DNA of 64,000 nucleotides from Cyanophora paradoxa CCMP329 (lineage: Eukaryota > Plantae > Glaucophyta): positions 186,001 to 250,000 of the forward strand of contig QPMI01000457.1 in NCBI GenBank assembly GCA_004431415.1, read 5' to 3'. Shown piece after piece: positions 36,401 through 47,016 of the stretch; position 1 is the stretch's first letter, and every line of letters begins with the position of its first letter. A program made the translations under genes and the position numbers. The notes below the pieces were generated by a model that did not search any database, was not told where the DNA came from, and saw only the letters and a list, made by a program, of their open reading frames with translations.

Positions 36401-36884
36401 TTGTCGCCCAATATAAATTCGGCACCTGTATGCACGACCGGGTTTCTTTGGATATACATATTTGATGCACCTATTACAGGTGCTATTATGGGCACATCCG
36501 AATTAACGAGATTGCAAGTGATGGAGAAAATGGTTTTAGGGGCGAATAGATTGCAATCAAAGGTCACAGTAGCTGGATCAATAGTAGGATCGACGTTTGA
36601 ACAGATCTGAAACATCCACCCACCCACACAGTTGCAATTTAGATTTCGAAAGACTGTTCCCGCCATTGCATCCACATAGCCAATCCATTTGCTATGTCAT
36701 ATATGTGACCAAACTCGTAACCAAAAATGTCATTCCACAGGTTGGAAGCCATAGCTCCCATCACATACCCTTTTAGATCTACTATCAGGTCATTGGATTC
36801 ACTGGGTATATTGGCATGGGTTATATAAAAATTATTATCCAATACCGCATTCTTTATTGTCGTTTCTACTATGGGTTCAGTCAT
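33467..36884 (-). CDS. Giant fibre/spike protein of element B (three ORFs joined by 2 probable frameshift errors)
   Basis: HTHTKSEITDF and HxWExI phage tail repeats, YLPLTGGTLTG motifs, SNIY repeats, C-terminal VTFPKAFAQAPEVVL (gp53/H-lectin-like). Frame changes at ~36675 and ~35937 (G4 vs G5 in the paralogous repeat). Confidence 0.8.
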
Positions 36885-36921
36885 TATACTCTATTATGGA
36901 ATACTACAAAAATTAAGGTTG

Positions 36922-37872
36922 TTACATAACGTTTGGAACATGTTCATATATTCTCCCTTCTCGCTGTGCCATTTCCGCCATAAAGTCTCTATCATTGTTC
37001 ATCGTTTGCTCTGCCAATTCTTGTGCTCGTGATTTTTTGGGTGCTGCCCTATTTGCTGGTGGTCGGTCAGTCCTCACAACACTAAGACCATGCCCCTCGG
37101 CTGATCTCACCTCTAAGCCCACATCTCCTTCGGCTGTTTGGGTCACATTAAGCTCTGGTGTTGAGTATTTATTACCTGCTCCTGCAATGGTTCTGTCTAT
37201 GCATGCACAACACAAAGCTCGGAATTTGTATGCAAGCACAAGCCCAAGAGCACCGAGAATCGGCAAGAGAATCATAAGCACTAACGTTCCTGGATTTGTT
37301 CCCGGTGCCCCGACTGGATTTGTAGGATTCGTGGGATTATTAGGTGTTGTAGGATCAGTGGTAGGTGGGGTCTGTGGGTCTGACTCATCAGGAGGCAAGT
37401 TAGGATCTGAATCTGGGGGCGGTTCCGTCGACCCTGCTAATGAGGTCGGCGCTGTGTATGCATTTGCAAACACGATGGGAGCCGTCGCTGGATTTCCTGT
37501 GGAGGATCCTGAGATTGCACCATAGGTATCTGCGAGATACTTGTATAATTCCTGTGTCACAGGTGGATTGCTCACAGATCGACACACCCAAATATTGCAC
37601 GTAGTGTCATAGACTGTGTCCCTGATAAAGGGCGGTAGAGCCGTCCCACTGAATGACTCAAAGAGTCCATTTCGCGATAGCAACCTATGTCCTGTATCAC
37701 AATTTCCACCCTCAAAATATTTGGTAGCCGAAATCGCACCTTGCACATAAATATTGCATGTCGAATGCAATCCAATGTTATTTAGGTTAGGAGTGTATCT
37801 GTCATCAAGCCGGACAGTGCACACCCATGGGGAAGCGGTTTTTATATATTTCTTATCGCCTGCTGTGATCAC
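36922..37872 (-). CDS. Viral membrane-anchored protein (Pro/Thr linker, TM helix, Cys cluster); may be the frameshifted C-terminus of the upstream fibre gene
   Basis: PPTTDPTTPNNPTNP then LVLMILLPILGALGLVLAYKFRALCCAC; GTG start overlapping the upstream stop. Confidence 0.65.
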   Translation of the reverse strand: MITAGDKKYIKTASPWVCTVRLDDRYTPNLNNIGLHSTCNIYVQGAISATKYFEGGNCDTGHRLLSRNGLFESFSGTALPPFIRDTVYDTTCNIWVCRSVSNPPVTQELYKYLADTYGAISGSSTGNPATAPIVFANAYTAPTSLAGSTEPPPDSDPNLPPDESDPQTPPTTDPTTPNNPTNPTNPVGAPGTNPGTLVLMILLPILGALGLVLAYKFRALCCACIDRTIAGAGNKYSTPELNVTQTAEGDVGLEVRSAEGHGLSVVRTDRPPANRAAPKKSRAQELAEQTMNNDRDFMAEMAQREGRIYEHVPNVM

Positions 37873-38696
37873 ATCAGTGTTTGGGTGGCTTTCGATTTGG
37901 TAGCAATAGACTCATATTTGTAAGAGTAATAAACTAAGAGACCATCTGTGGAGGATGTAAAATAAAAGAAGTCTCTCATGAAGTCTGTGGATCCAAAGAA
38001 GTCAGCATTGGTCGATGTTAGGGTGACTTTGGGATAGCTCATGCTGACAGTCTCAGAAGGATATGGAATATAAGAGGTGTAATAGCGATTTAACAGATAA
38101 TAGTAAAATCCATCTGAGACATTCGAATGAGTGGGCAAGGTGACTGTTAAGGTCTTACTGCGATCCTCAAACGTTTTCTGTATGACAATGTTGCAAGTAT
38201 TAATATATCGAGAATCGAAAAAGTAATTATTTGTGACTCTATTATCGATCAAAGTCGCATTGGTTCCATTAAATACGAAATTCTGCCCATTTATTCTCGT
38301 AGTATGGAGGTCAGTCACATCGAGAGGATACCTAATTTTCAAGCGATCTTCGGGGTCGAATCGTGGAATAGACCCAGTTGCCTTCCAACTGATAGTAAAG
38401 GGAGGAGAAAGGGACACAGGTGGGATCGCTGAAAGATTAAATTTCGCAAAATACAACCCAACAGGATATGCTGTAAGAGCATATGTCACTGTTGCATTTC
38501 CTACAAGTGTAAAGCCGGTGGTTGTAATGTTTGTCGCAACAAATGGGGAGTAGCCGGCTGGTGCATTGTTAATAGAGGTGGTCGACCCATTATTGACCAC
38601 ATACAAATTCGTGTCTGTTATTTCAATAGTAGGAGGGGAAACAAATGGTGTCTCAAATGTGAAATTAAAATTCGCTGGAACCCCTGCAAGATATCT

Positions 38697-40843
38697 TTTT
38701 TTGCAAAAGCCCAACCGGGCAATGTTCGTATTAAGGACAACAACCGCCGCCCCGTCGGTGACGTCGACCGGGGGGGCGCCTAGGCTAGCGCAAATGCTCT
38801 GCGGCATAGAAGGAAGACGTCCTGCTATCTTATCCTAGCTGTGAGCTATCGATCTACAGCTTTAGGAGGGCCTGATGCGTTGGTGTCCTTGGCCCTGTGG
38901 AAGAGAGGGGGGAGGGGGAGGCGAGGCGCACGGGGTGCTGGGGTCGGCGGGGGGCGAGGCGTAGGGAGGGGGAGAAGGGCAGGGAGTGGGGTACACGGAG
39001 CGCTGGAGGGTGGCGGGGGTGAGGCGCTGGGTCGGGGAGCTGGGGGCGGGCGGGGCGGGCGGGCGGGGAGGGTGACGGGCCGGGAGCGGGGCGGGGCGCC
39101 GAGGGTCGGGGCAGGGCGCTAGAGGGCGGCGGGGGGCGGGCGCTGGGGGCGGCGGGGGCGGGGCGCTGGGGGCCGGGGCAAAGGGCGGGGGCTAAGGGGT
39201 GGAGGAGCACTGGGGGCGGGGCCCTGGGGAAGCGGCGGCGGAAGGGCGCTGGGGGGCGGAGGGCGCCGGGGCGACGGGGGAAGGGCACGGGGAGCAGCGG
39301 GGCACTAGGGCGGCGGGGCGCTGAGAGGGGTGACGTGGGAAGGGCACTGGGGGGGCGGCGGGCGCTGGGGGCGACGGGGGAAGGGCGCGAGGAGCGGCGG
39401 GGCGCTAGGGCGGCGGGGCACTTAGAGGGTGGCGGGGGCGGGGCGCTGGAGCCGGAGGGCGGGGGCGGGGCGCTGGAGCTGGGGGCGGGGCGGGGCGCTG
39501 GAGCCGGAGGGCGGGGCGGGGCGCTGGAGCTGGGGGGCGGGCGGGGCGCTGGAGCTGGGGCGGGGGCGGGGCGCTGGAGCCGGAGGGCGGGGGCGGGGCG
39601 CTGGAGCTGGGGGCGGGGCGGGGCGCTGGAGCTGGGGGCGGGGCGGGGCGCTGGAGCCGGAGGGCGGGGGCGGGCGCTGGAGCCGGAGGGCGGGGCGGGC
39701 GTGGAGCTGGGGGCGGGGCGGGCGCTGGAGCTGGGGGCGGGGCGGGGCGCTGGAGCCGGAGGGCGGGGGCGGGGCGCTGGAGCCGGAGGGCGGGGCGGGG
39801 CGCTGGAGCCGGAGGGCGGGGGCGGGCGCTGGAGCCGGAGGGCGGGGGCGGGGCGCTGGAGCCGGAGGGCGGGGCGGGGCGCTGGAGCTGGGGCGGGGCG
39901 GGGCGCTGGAGCTGGGGGCGGGGCGGGGCGCTGGAGCCGGAGGGCGGGGGCGGGGCGCTGGAGCTGGGGGCGGGGGCGGGGCGCTGGAGCTGGGGGCGGG
40001 GCGGGGCGCTGGAGCTGGGGGGCGGGGGCGGGGCGCTGGAGCCGGAGGGCGGGGCGGGGCGCTGGAGCCGGAGGGCGGGGGCGGGGCGCTGGAGCCGGAG
40101 GGCGGGGGCGGGGCGCTGAAGCGGGAGGGCAGGGGCCGCTTGAAGGCCGGGTCCGGGCGGGCCTCGTCTGGCTCGGACTGCGGACGGGGGGCAGGGGGTC
40201 CGAGCGTACACGCTTCTGTACCGGCCTCGGGGGGGAGGAGTCCAGGTGGGCGCCCTTTGGGCCCAGTCCGGGGAAAGGGGGCGGGGGCGTGGGCCCGCGG
40301 GGCCTGGGCGCCGGCGAGCGTCGCGCAAGCACGGTCTACGTCGTTCGCCGGGCATGGCGGCGACATCCGGTGTGTCGTCCGTGGATGATCGGCTCATGTC
40401 TGCGGTGTGACAGGCAGTGAGTGAGTGTCAGCATCGGGGCGCAATGCGCGGGGACTGGGCGGCAGTTCAGTTGCTTAAGAGCTCTTATCGTCTATCGGAG
40501 AGGCAGGGCGATTGCTTTGCGCTCCGCGCAGGGCGCAGGTGGGGTCCGGGGGTCCGTGGAATTCAAAAAAGATGACGCGGCGAGGTTGGCGGGGCTGCCT
40601 GGCGCTCCGGGGGCGGGCTACCGACTTCGGCGGTTGCGATTGGTGATGATGTGCTCGTGTCGGCTGTCCGTGCACGCCCGGCTGGTCTATCTAGCGCGTT
40701 CTGGCTACGGGGGTCGGGTGGAGCTGGCGCGCGACTTTCCGAGCAGCTTGACACGCAGCGTTATCAGGAACCCACGGGTGGGAAACCTGGCCCGCTGCGC
40801 CGCCGTAATCGTCGCGCTACCGTAAATTTTCCGTACCCCCCGG
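38697..40843 (-). mobile_element. Non-autonomous VNTR-containing retroposon (SINE/SVA-like), 2147 bp, 17-bp TSD, short poly(A)
   Basis: TSD acccctgcaagatatct at 38680-38696 and 40844-40860; A6-7 tail on minus strand; GC-rich host-like DNA in AT-rich viral gene. Confidence 0.85.
39432..40118. repeat. GC-rich minisatellite (ggggcgctggagccggagggcg / ggggcgctggagctgggggcg, ~24-27-bp units)
   Basis: More than 20 tandem variant units visible. Confidence 0.95.
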
Positions 40844-42417
40844 ACCCCTGCAAGATATCTATATGTTGTTGCTGATATCTCGGATGCCTGGAATACTTTG
40901 CTTCCACTCCGCACTACATTACTTGTGTCTTTCACATTGTGGTATGATATGCTGGGAGTCGGGGAGAGCACCAACGAAATAGCATCTGGTAAATCAGACT
41001 TTGTTATATACAGCTCTTTAAGATACTCCTTTCTAAAAGGCGCGGTCAGATCTCCAATAGTAGCCGATGAACCTGCGACTACAATATTACAGGTGTTTGC
41101 ACTCAAAGAGTAAACTGTGTTCCACCTTAAAGAATTCGCCCCAAGATCGAAATTCTGTGAGAAGGGCACGATATTGCTACCTTGTAAATCTCGGTAAACC
41201 TTTACTCTGGGTTTGCTATCGAATTCAGGGGTGATATAATTGATGGTAAGAGTGAAACTAATAGTAGCTTCGGAAGTCAATAAGTTGTTTCGGATGATAA
41301 GTAAATTGTATGTCTCGTTAATGACAAACGAAACCTGAAACCCTGTGGAGGTGACATTTTGGATAAACGCTTTATTAGATTCATTATTGTTAGTGATAGG
41401 ATTATAATAAGTTGTGTGATCCACCAATGAAACAGTGGGTATACTCTCCAAACCTGTGACACCCAACTGATCCCAAGTGAATGTATATGTAGGTTTGCCT
41501 ACATAAGCGACATAGACCCCATTTGCGAGCTGCTGAGGGTATCCCTCGACAGTGTAGGTCTCAGTCCGCGAAACTGAGCGGGAAAGGTTGCTATTAAAGT
41601 CGTTGTAGCTGATCAGAGCTCTCTCATCAGTGGGTAAATCACTGGGTCGGACTGAGTGATTGAAAGGCAAGATTATGTTACTTGTTTTTGAGGTCGTGCT
41701 ATAAAGATTGGTTGAGTGCAAGTCATCAAACCACCCATCATAGGCATACACATTGAGCCATTTCTTAATAGCATTAGTATTAGATTGACCAAGATTGAAT
41801 TGATGATCGAGCAAAGGCACCAAATCGCGGGATAAATACATAATTGCATCCGAAATGATGATTGCACCTGTTAGAACGGCGAGCCCTGCCGTGTTTGCTG
41901 CGGTAGCAATTGATAAACCCGAGATTTCGAGATCCTGGGCTGCATCTCGCTCATTTCTGGTGAATCGCTCACTATAAAACTCCTTTACAAGGTCGACCCC
42001 CATGACATCAATTAAATGCGGTCGAGTGAGGGTGATATTGCTTGTGATGCTCTGCGAATATTTAACAGGATCCCATTCGACGACAGCTTTCAGTGGGATG
42101 GGGCGGGCTTTATTGATTTCGTGCTGGAAGGTTCGCACAGTGGGGAAATTGCTGCCAAAGAATGCAACAGGTGAGCCCCCATGATAGATAACGAGGGCTG
42201 AGTTATCAGTGCCATAGGTAAAAGGGAGATTGCTGGTGATATCGATATATTCAAGGTTGCTCTGATTTAATAGAAAGTCTTTTACCACAAGGTTCGAAGA
42301 TATGGTCACATTGGAAGCGGTAATGTTACTGCTGAGCTCGAAACCGTCATCCAAATACAAGGTTTCCCGAGTGATAAAGGGGAGATTCGTGATACTCATT
42401 TGTAATATAAGATTATT

Positions 42418-43392
42418 TTAACCCGATAGCACCTCTAATATAAAGCTGTGATTAACGCCATTAAAGTCGACTACATTATTGTAGGCGTCGAGCCATTTAA
42501 TTGTGAGGGTGTCTATGTCATAAGCCTGATCGTGGGAATTAAAGAACTCAACTGTATCGATTCTGCGGAATGTCAGGTAGTAAACAAACGATCCCAAGGG
42601 GCTGGTTAGTGGGATCTTAGCGAGGTTTGCATTTCCGCCCTCATCTGTCTTTGCTGCTACCATATACTTATCGTAAAAGGGAGCAAACTCTTTAATTTGT
42701 AGGTAAACATAGGGGGTTGGATTTAGATTAATCGCATTCGGGAAGGTCACTGCATGTTCGAGAGGGAATGGAAGCACAGATATTCCGGCGGGGTGTTTTG
42801 TTTTGCCCTCATAGGCTTGTAGAAATGAGTATTTTGGATTGCTGGGTGTGAGGGGTAAATAGTCTACCGTGAGATGCTCTGAACCCTCACCAACGGGAAT
42901 TGTTTGATACATATCCCCTTTGATCATTCCATGGAACCTTGCAAAGTCGTCATGTGCACAGCTCAGTGTGAGGGGAATGCTCGAATAAAAAGTAATTTTC
43001 ATTGTCGCTGGATTATAGAGCCACTTATAGTAAACAGTGGACGCCTCATTCTTTACAGGGTCAAAGTCATTAAAACTGCCCGAATAGCCAAAGTTCTTAT
43101 TACCATATCCCCAAATCGCGGGGGTGTAGTTTCCTATATCAGGGAAAGGGGAAAAGGTGATGCTGTTCGTCATTCCCTGTATGGTCACGCCTCTGGAATT
43201 ATCGGTGACAGCATAAATCGTGTTTGGGAGCTCGGCGCTCGCAATGCGCACCCCTTTTACGTTCAGAAGTCGCTGAGAAAGCTTTACTGTATATTCTCCC
43301 GGGTGCCCTGCACTGCGCTCAATAGAATCGATATTAACATTGACCCTCGTAAGCTTGCCATTATAGAAATCGTTGACTGGCTTCCGAATCAT
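42418..43392 (-). CDS. Minor capsid (penton)-like protein 1, element B
   Basis: NIDSIER...YTVKL...NVKGVRIASAELPNT; C-term LTIKWLD..NNVVDFNGVNHSFILEV, typical of PLV/NCLDV pentons. Confidence 0.8.
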   Translation of the reverse strand: MIRKPVNDFYNGKLTRVNVNIDSIERSAGHPGEYTVKLSQRLLNVKGVRIASAELPNTIYAVTDNSRGVTIQGMTNSITFSPFPDIGNYTPAIWGYGNKNFGYSGSFNDFDPVKNEASTVYYKWLYNPATMKITFYSSIPLTLSCAHDDFARFHGMIKGDMYQTIPVGEGSEHLTVDYLPLTPSNPKYSFLQAYEGKTKHPAGISVLPFPLEHAVTFPNAINLNPTPYVYLQIKEFAPFYDKYMVAAKTDEGGNANLAKIPLTSPLGSFVYYLTFRRIDTVEFFNSHDQAYDIDTLTIKWLDAYNNVVDFNGVNHSFILEVLSG

Positions 43393-43419
43393 TTTTATTT
43401 CCTATTAATAAAGAATAAA

Positions 43420-44706
43420 ATGCGCGAGTATCTCAGCATCAGTAGCCGTGATCGATCAGAGGGCTCGGCTCATTCCTATAAGGTGACCCTTCCAAAGCAA
43501 TACCACAATGTGAAGAGCATCGCTGTGCGACAGATCGAGTTTTCCAACACGATTCCCACGGTTCCAAGCCCTCAATTCTATACTGAAATCGGGGAGACGA
43601 AAGCCGATGATGCTAATACGATTTTCATATCATTTCTTTACCGATTTTCGAGCGGTCAGCTGAATGGTGCCACTCAGGAAATCAGAGATTCACAGGCAAC
43701 TGCAATATACGAAGCATACAAAGCGATCGATTTCGGCGACCAAGGCAACTATATACCGCCTGATTACCTAAACACTTTCAGAAGATATACCCGATACAGG
43801 GACGTAGCAATTACGATCCCTCCGGGCACATACTCCACTGGAACCGACCTTGCCACTGCAATCGATAACATCTTAACGAAAAATGGAACTGGCAACTACA
43901 TCAAGGATATGATCGACACAAAAATTAATCCAAGCTACGCATCGACAGGGGGAACCTTTTACCCGGTGGTGAGATGTCGTTTTGAGAGCACATTAAATGC
44001 TATATGCTTTTATTCGAGTGATTATGTCTACATAGCTTTCACGAAATATGGTCCGAGTAATGCCACTGGGTCTACTGCGAATGAAAGAAAGGTGCTCGCC
44101 TATCGCACGATGACTCTTCTCGGGTTTACATCGATCAGAGAGAATATAGTAATAGATCAATACAACGGATCGGGCTACACAGCCTTTGCTGGGAGTGGTG
44201 TCGTTTACTCAGCTGGTGATGCATTCCGCAATTATAATTCGACGGCTCTGGTCTTAGGCATAGCCGGAGGCACTGCCCCTGATTATACACCGGATAATGC
44301 AATAGTTTTAAAGATCACAGAGCCGGACTGCTCGCTTTTTACGACATGCACCGAGGCTACTAATGGATTCCTCGCTAAGATCCCGATTTCGAAAGGCACA
44401 GCCTATGCTGATGCTGAGCTAATTAATTATGGGGCGGATGCTTTCACGAAATACTTTAACACGCGCCTTTCGTTTGATAGTTTAACTGTGCAAATTCTCA
44501 CGGAGAGCGGTTATAGGTATTTCCTCGGAAGCTGCGAGCACACATTCATTTTGGAAATTACTATGGGAGTGGATGAGCCCGACGACGATTTACAGCGCAT
44601 TGTTAATAAGGGATTCGCGAAAATGCTATATGAGGACTACCCCCATTGCGGCAATTTAACGAATGCGTTGAGCGGGGTGGCTGTAAAAAATAATCCGTTC
44701 TTCTAA
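43420..44706 (+). CDS. Minor capsid (penton)-like protein 2, element B
   Basis: MREYLSISSRDRS..SYKVTLPKQYHNVKSIAV..IEFSNT; C-term LTVQILTESG..HTFILEI; true ATG 43420. Confidence 0.8.
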   Translation: MREYLSISSRDRSEGSAHSYKVTLPKQYHNVKSIAVRQIEFSNTIPTVPSPQFYTEIGETKADDANTIFISFLYRFSSGQLNGATQEIRDSQATAIYEAYKAIDFGDQGNYIPPDYLNTFRRYTRYRDVAITIPPGTYSTGTDLATAIDNILTKNGTGNYIKDMIDTKINPSYASTGGTFYPVVRCRFESTLNAICFYSSDYVYIAFTKYGPSNATGSTANERKVLAYRTMTLLGFTSIRENIVIDQYNGSGYTAFAGSGVVYSAGDAFRNYNSTALVLGIAGGTAPDYTPDNAIVLKITEPDCSLFTTCTEATNGFLAKIPISKGTAYADAELINYGADAFTKYFNTRLSFDSLTVQILTESGYRYFLGSCEHTFILEITMGVDEPDDDLQRIVNKGFAKMLYEDYPHCGNLTNALSGVAVKNNPFF

Positions 44707-44739
44707 AATAAATTTCTCAGCGGAAGATAAAAACGAAAT

Positions 44740-45654
44740 ATGGATCCCACGACCTCGCTTAGCCGCCTCACGCTCAAATCCGTCCTCGAAACCCCGGAGG
44801 ATTACAAGAGCATGCTTTTGGATCGCGGATTTATTGTTGGTGTCGACAAGCAATTCAAGCCTTCTCGTGTTGAGGTGCTCCCAATTGCGGATCCCGGCAA
44901 TCTGTTCTCCTCTACTGGTGCTACCACTCGTGTGGTCTTCTATCTCCCTCGCTACAATTGGTGCAATGGTATTAGCCTCCAAGTTACCATCCCATCGGCG
45001 AAGGCGCTGACTGCCATCGCCAAGACCTCGGCTGACTGCTCGGCTGATCTATTCAATACTGGATTCGTCCGCGGGCTTCCTGGCTCGTTTGTTCAGCGAG
45101 TCAGCATTAAATACGGGTCGTATGAGCAAATTATTCCCGCTGAGCGACTGGTAGATTACGCCTTCCTCGCTAACACTCCGGCTGAATTCGACCAAAAGAA
45201 GCGCAAGCATGGGCTGCATCTCGGACCGAAGGTAGAGGGCGGCAACCAAGCTGGCGGCATTTTTACCATGCGAATTCCAAGCTTCCTCGATGCTGGCGTG
45301 CCCATCGGTGCGCTCCCATCCGAAATCGCGGTCGAAGTATATTTCCAAACCCCTGCGCTTCTCGAAACTGCGGCGGTTCCTGGCGTTTACGCTCAGAATA
45401 ACACGACTGCAATTACTGCTGCCAACTCTACTGATGGCGAGACGACGCTTGCTGTTGCGGCTGCTTTCGGAAATATTAAGACCTTAGCTCACCCTAATGC
45501 CACTGCGATTTTCGATAGTGCGGCTCTCACATCTACACCTGCAATTGCGAATCTGGAAATGACGACCCCTCGTCTTATTATGGATGCTGTTAACATCGAT
45601 GAGGAAACGATGGGCGAAATCATTACTCGTGTTAAGACCTCTGGCATTGCCATC
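44740..45654 (+). pseudogene. Major capsid protein (double jelly-roll type), element B, C-terminally truncated
   Basis: Homologous to 59520-60886 (FYLPRYNWC, FVQRVSIKYGSY, KTSGIAI vs KTTGMAIP); similarity ends at 45654. Confidence 0.8.
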
Positions 45655-45941
45655 ACACATAGTAAAATGCGGAGTTTTAACCCTCGGCTTAATCTTAATT
45701 GATTTTGTTGATATATCTCGTATATTCTATTTCAATCAATCGATAATCTGTGTATATCTTATCGAATATTCATTTATTTCGATTATTTTGTATTCTTTTC
45801 GATATTTTATCGTAAATTTCTCTTATTTTCCGATTAGTCTTACTGAGTCTATCGATAATCTGTATATATTTCCGAATAATATAACTGAATCTCAATTAGA
45901 TCTTGCCTCTGGTTAAAACTCCGCATTTTACTATGTGTGAT
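45652..45941. repeat. Perfect 31-bp inverted repeat, putative left terminus of element C
   Basis: atcacacatagtaaaatgcggagttttaacc (45652-45682) / ggttaaaactccgcattttactatgtgtgat (45911-45941). Confidence 0.9.
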
Positions 45942-46179
45942 TGGTCTAAAAGTTAATTGATTTAATCGATATTATATTCATGTACTTTCTCGATTAAATT
46001 TAATTAAATTTAATTCATTTAATCGGAAATATATCGCTAAACTCGATTAAGATCCATAAAAGATTCATTTGTTAAATAAAACAAATCGATCTCTTATTGA
46101 ATCCAATCGTAATTATACATGAAACTTATATGATTTTATCATTGTTTTGTTGAGTCTAAGGGGGGACCCTTAGGATTTT

Positions 46180-46940
46180 GGGTGTGACAGGTGTGACAGG
46201 TGTGACAGGTCAATCCCAAGGAAAGTCCTAGTGAGAAATTGATTTTTAAAATCCACGGGATAAACCTGTCACACCTGTCACACAAACCATATTCAGTAAG
46301 GACCTCATATATTGTGAAAATCTCAGTGTTAGTTGGTGTTAAATCTTTCAGGCAGCATTTATTTGTCAGGCATTAAATCTATCGATTTTCATAAAGTATT
46401 TTATTTTGGCTAAGTCATTGTTTGGATTAACAATGAAATTTCAATTTTATAAAAGTTTTCTAAAAAGGTGCCTGACAATGCCTGACATACTATATTAGTG
46501 CCTGACAACTATATTATAGTGCCTGACAAACCATATATGGTAATACTATATGTTATAACCTACTTTCTCAGTGTTAGTTGGTGTAGTTGATTCAAATAAT
46601 GCATTTTATACTCTGATTCATTGTTATTTCCTGTGAAATTTGAGTCAACTCAACCCACTTAGTCAACCCTTGCATTGAATTCGTAACAAAATCCATATAC
46701 TTTTACTACTTTTACGATTAATATGAGTCAACCTTGAGTCCACTTAAATAATAGGGTAATAGGGGGAATCAAGGGGAGATGCTGAGTGTTATTGTAAGGA
46801 AATCGAATAGTATTCGAAATACTTGACATTGCTTAATGTAGGGTGCATTCATATTTCGGCTACATCATACAGTAGAATTCTATTGTAACAAAAGCTACTG
46901 TAGAAAGAAAATCATTGTAGAAAGCTATTGTAGGAAAGGA
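46180..46940. repeat. Iteron-like arrays in the non-coding terminal region of C
   Basis: (gtgtgacag)x3 with inverted cctgtcaca x2; tgcctgaca x4; tctcagtgttagttggtgt x2; gagtcaac and attgtagaaag repeats. Confidence 0.75.
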
Positions 46941-47016
46941 TATATTATATCCTTTTTTAACGATTGCCATTGTAATAAAAAAGGTAAATCACCCTGTTTA
47001 TCATTATAGAAACCCA

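Larger units (their letters stand above)
37869..42399 (-). pseudogene. Viral fibre-like gene (~788 aa when rejoined) split by the retroposon at 38697-40843
   Basis: ...ATTYRYLAG|VPANFNFTF reads in frame after removing the insert and one TSD copy; DLGANSLRWNTVY phage-fibre motifs. Confidence 0.85.
30955..45654. mobile_element. Endogenous PLV-like element B (left part)
   Basis: Hairpin terminus, iteron region, fibres, two pentons, MCP truncated at 45654. Confidence 0.75.

Noticed and set aside
38854-40420. 300-490-aa ORFs over the minisatellite; CRISPR-like appearance
   Set aside because: Translations of a VNTR; no unique spacers and no cas genes.
42904-43419. N-terminal 170 aa of the 600-aa ORF
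   Set aside because: Antisense shadow of penton 1; homology and the upstream motif place the start at 43420.
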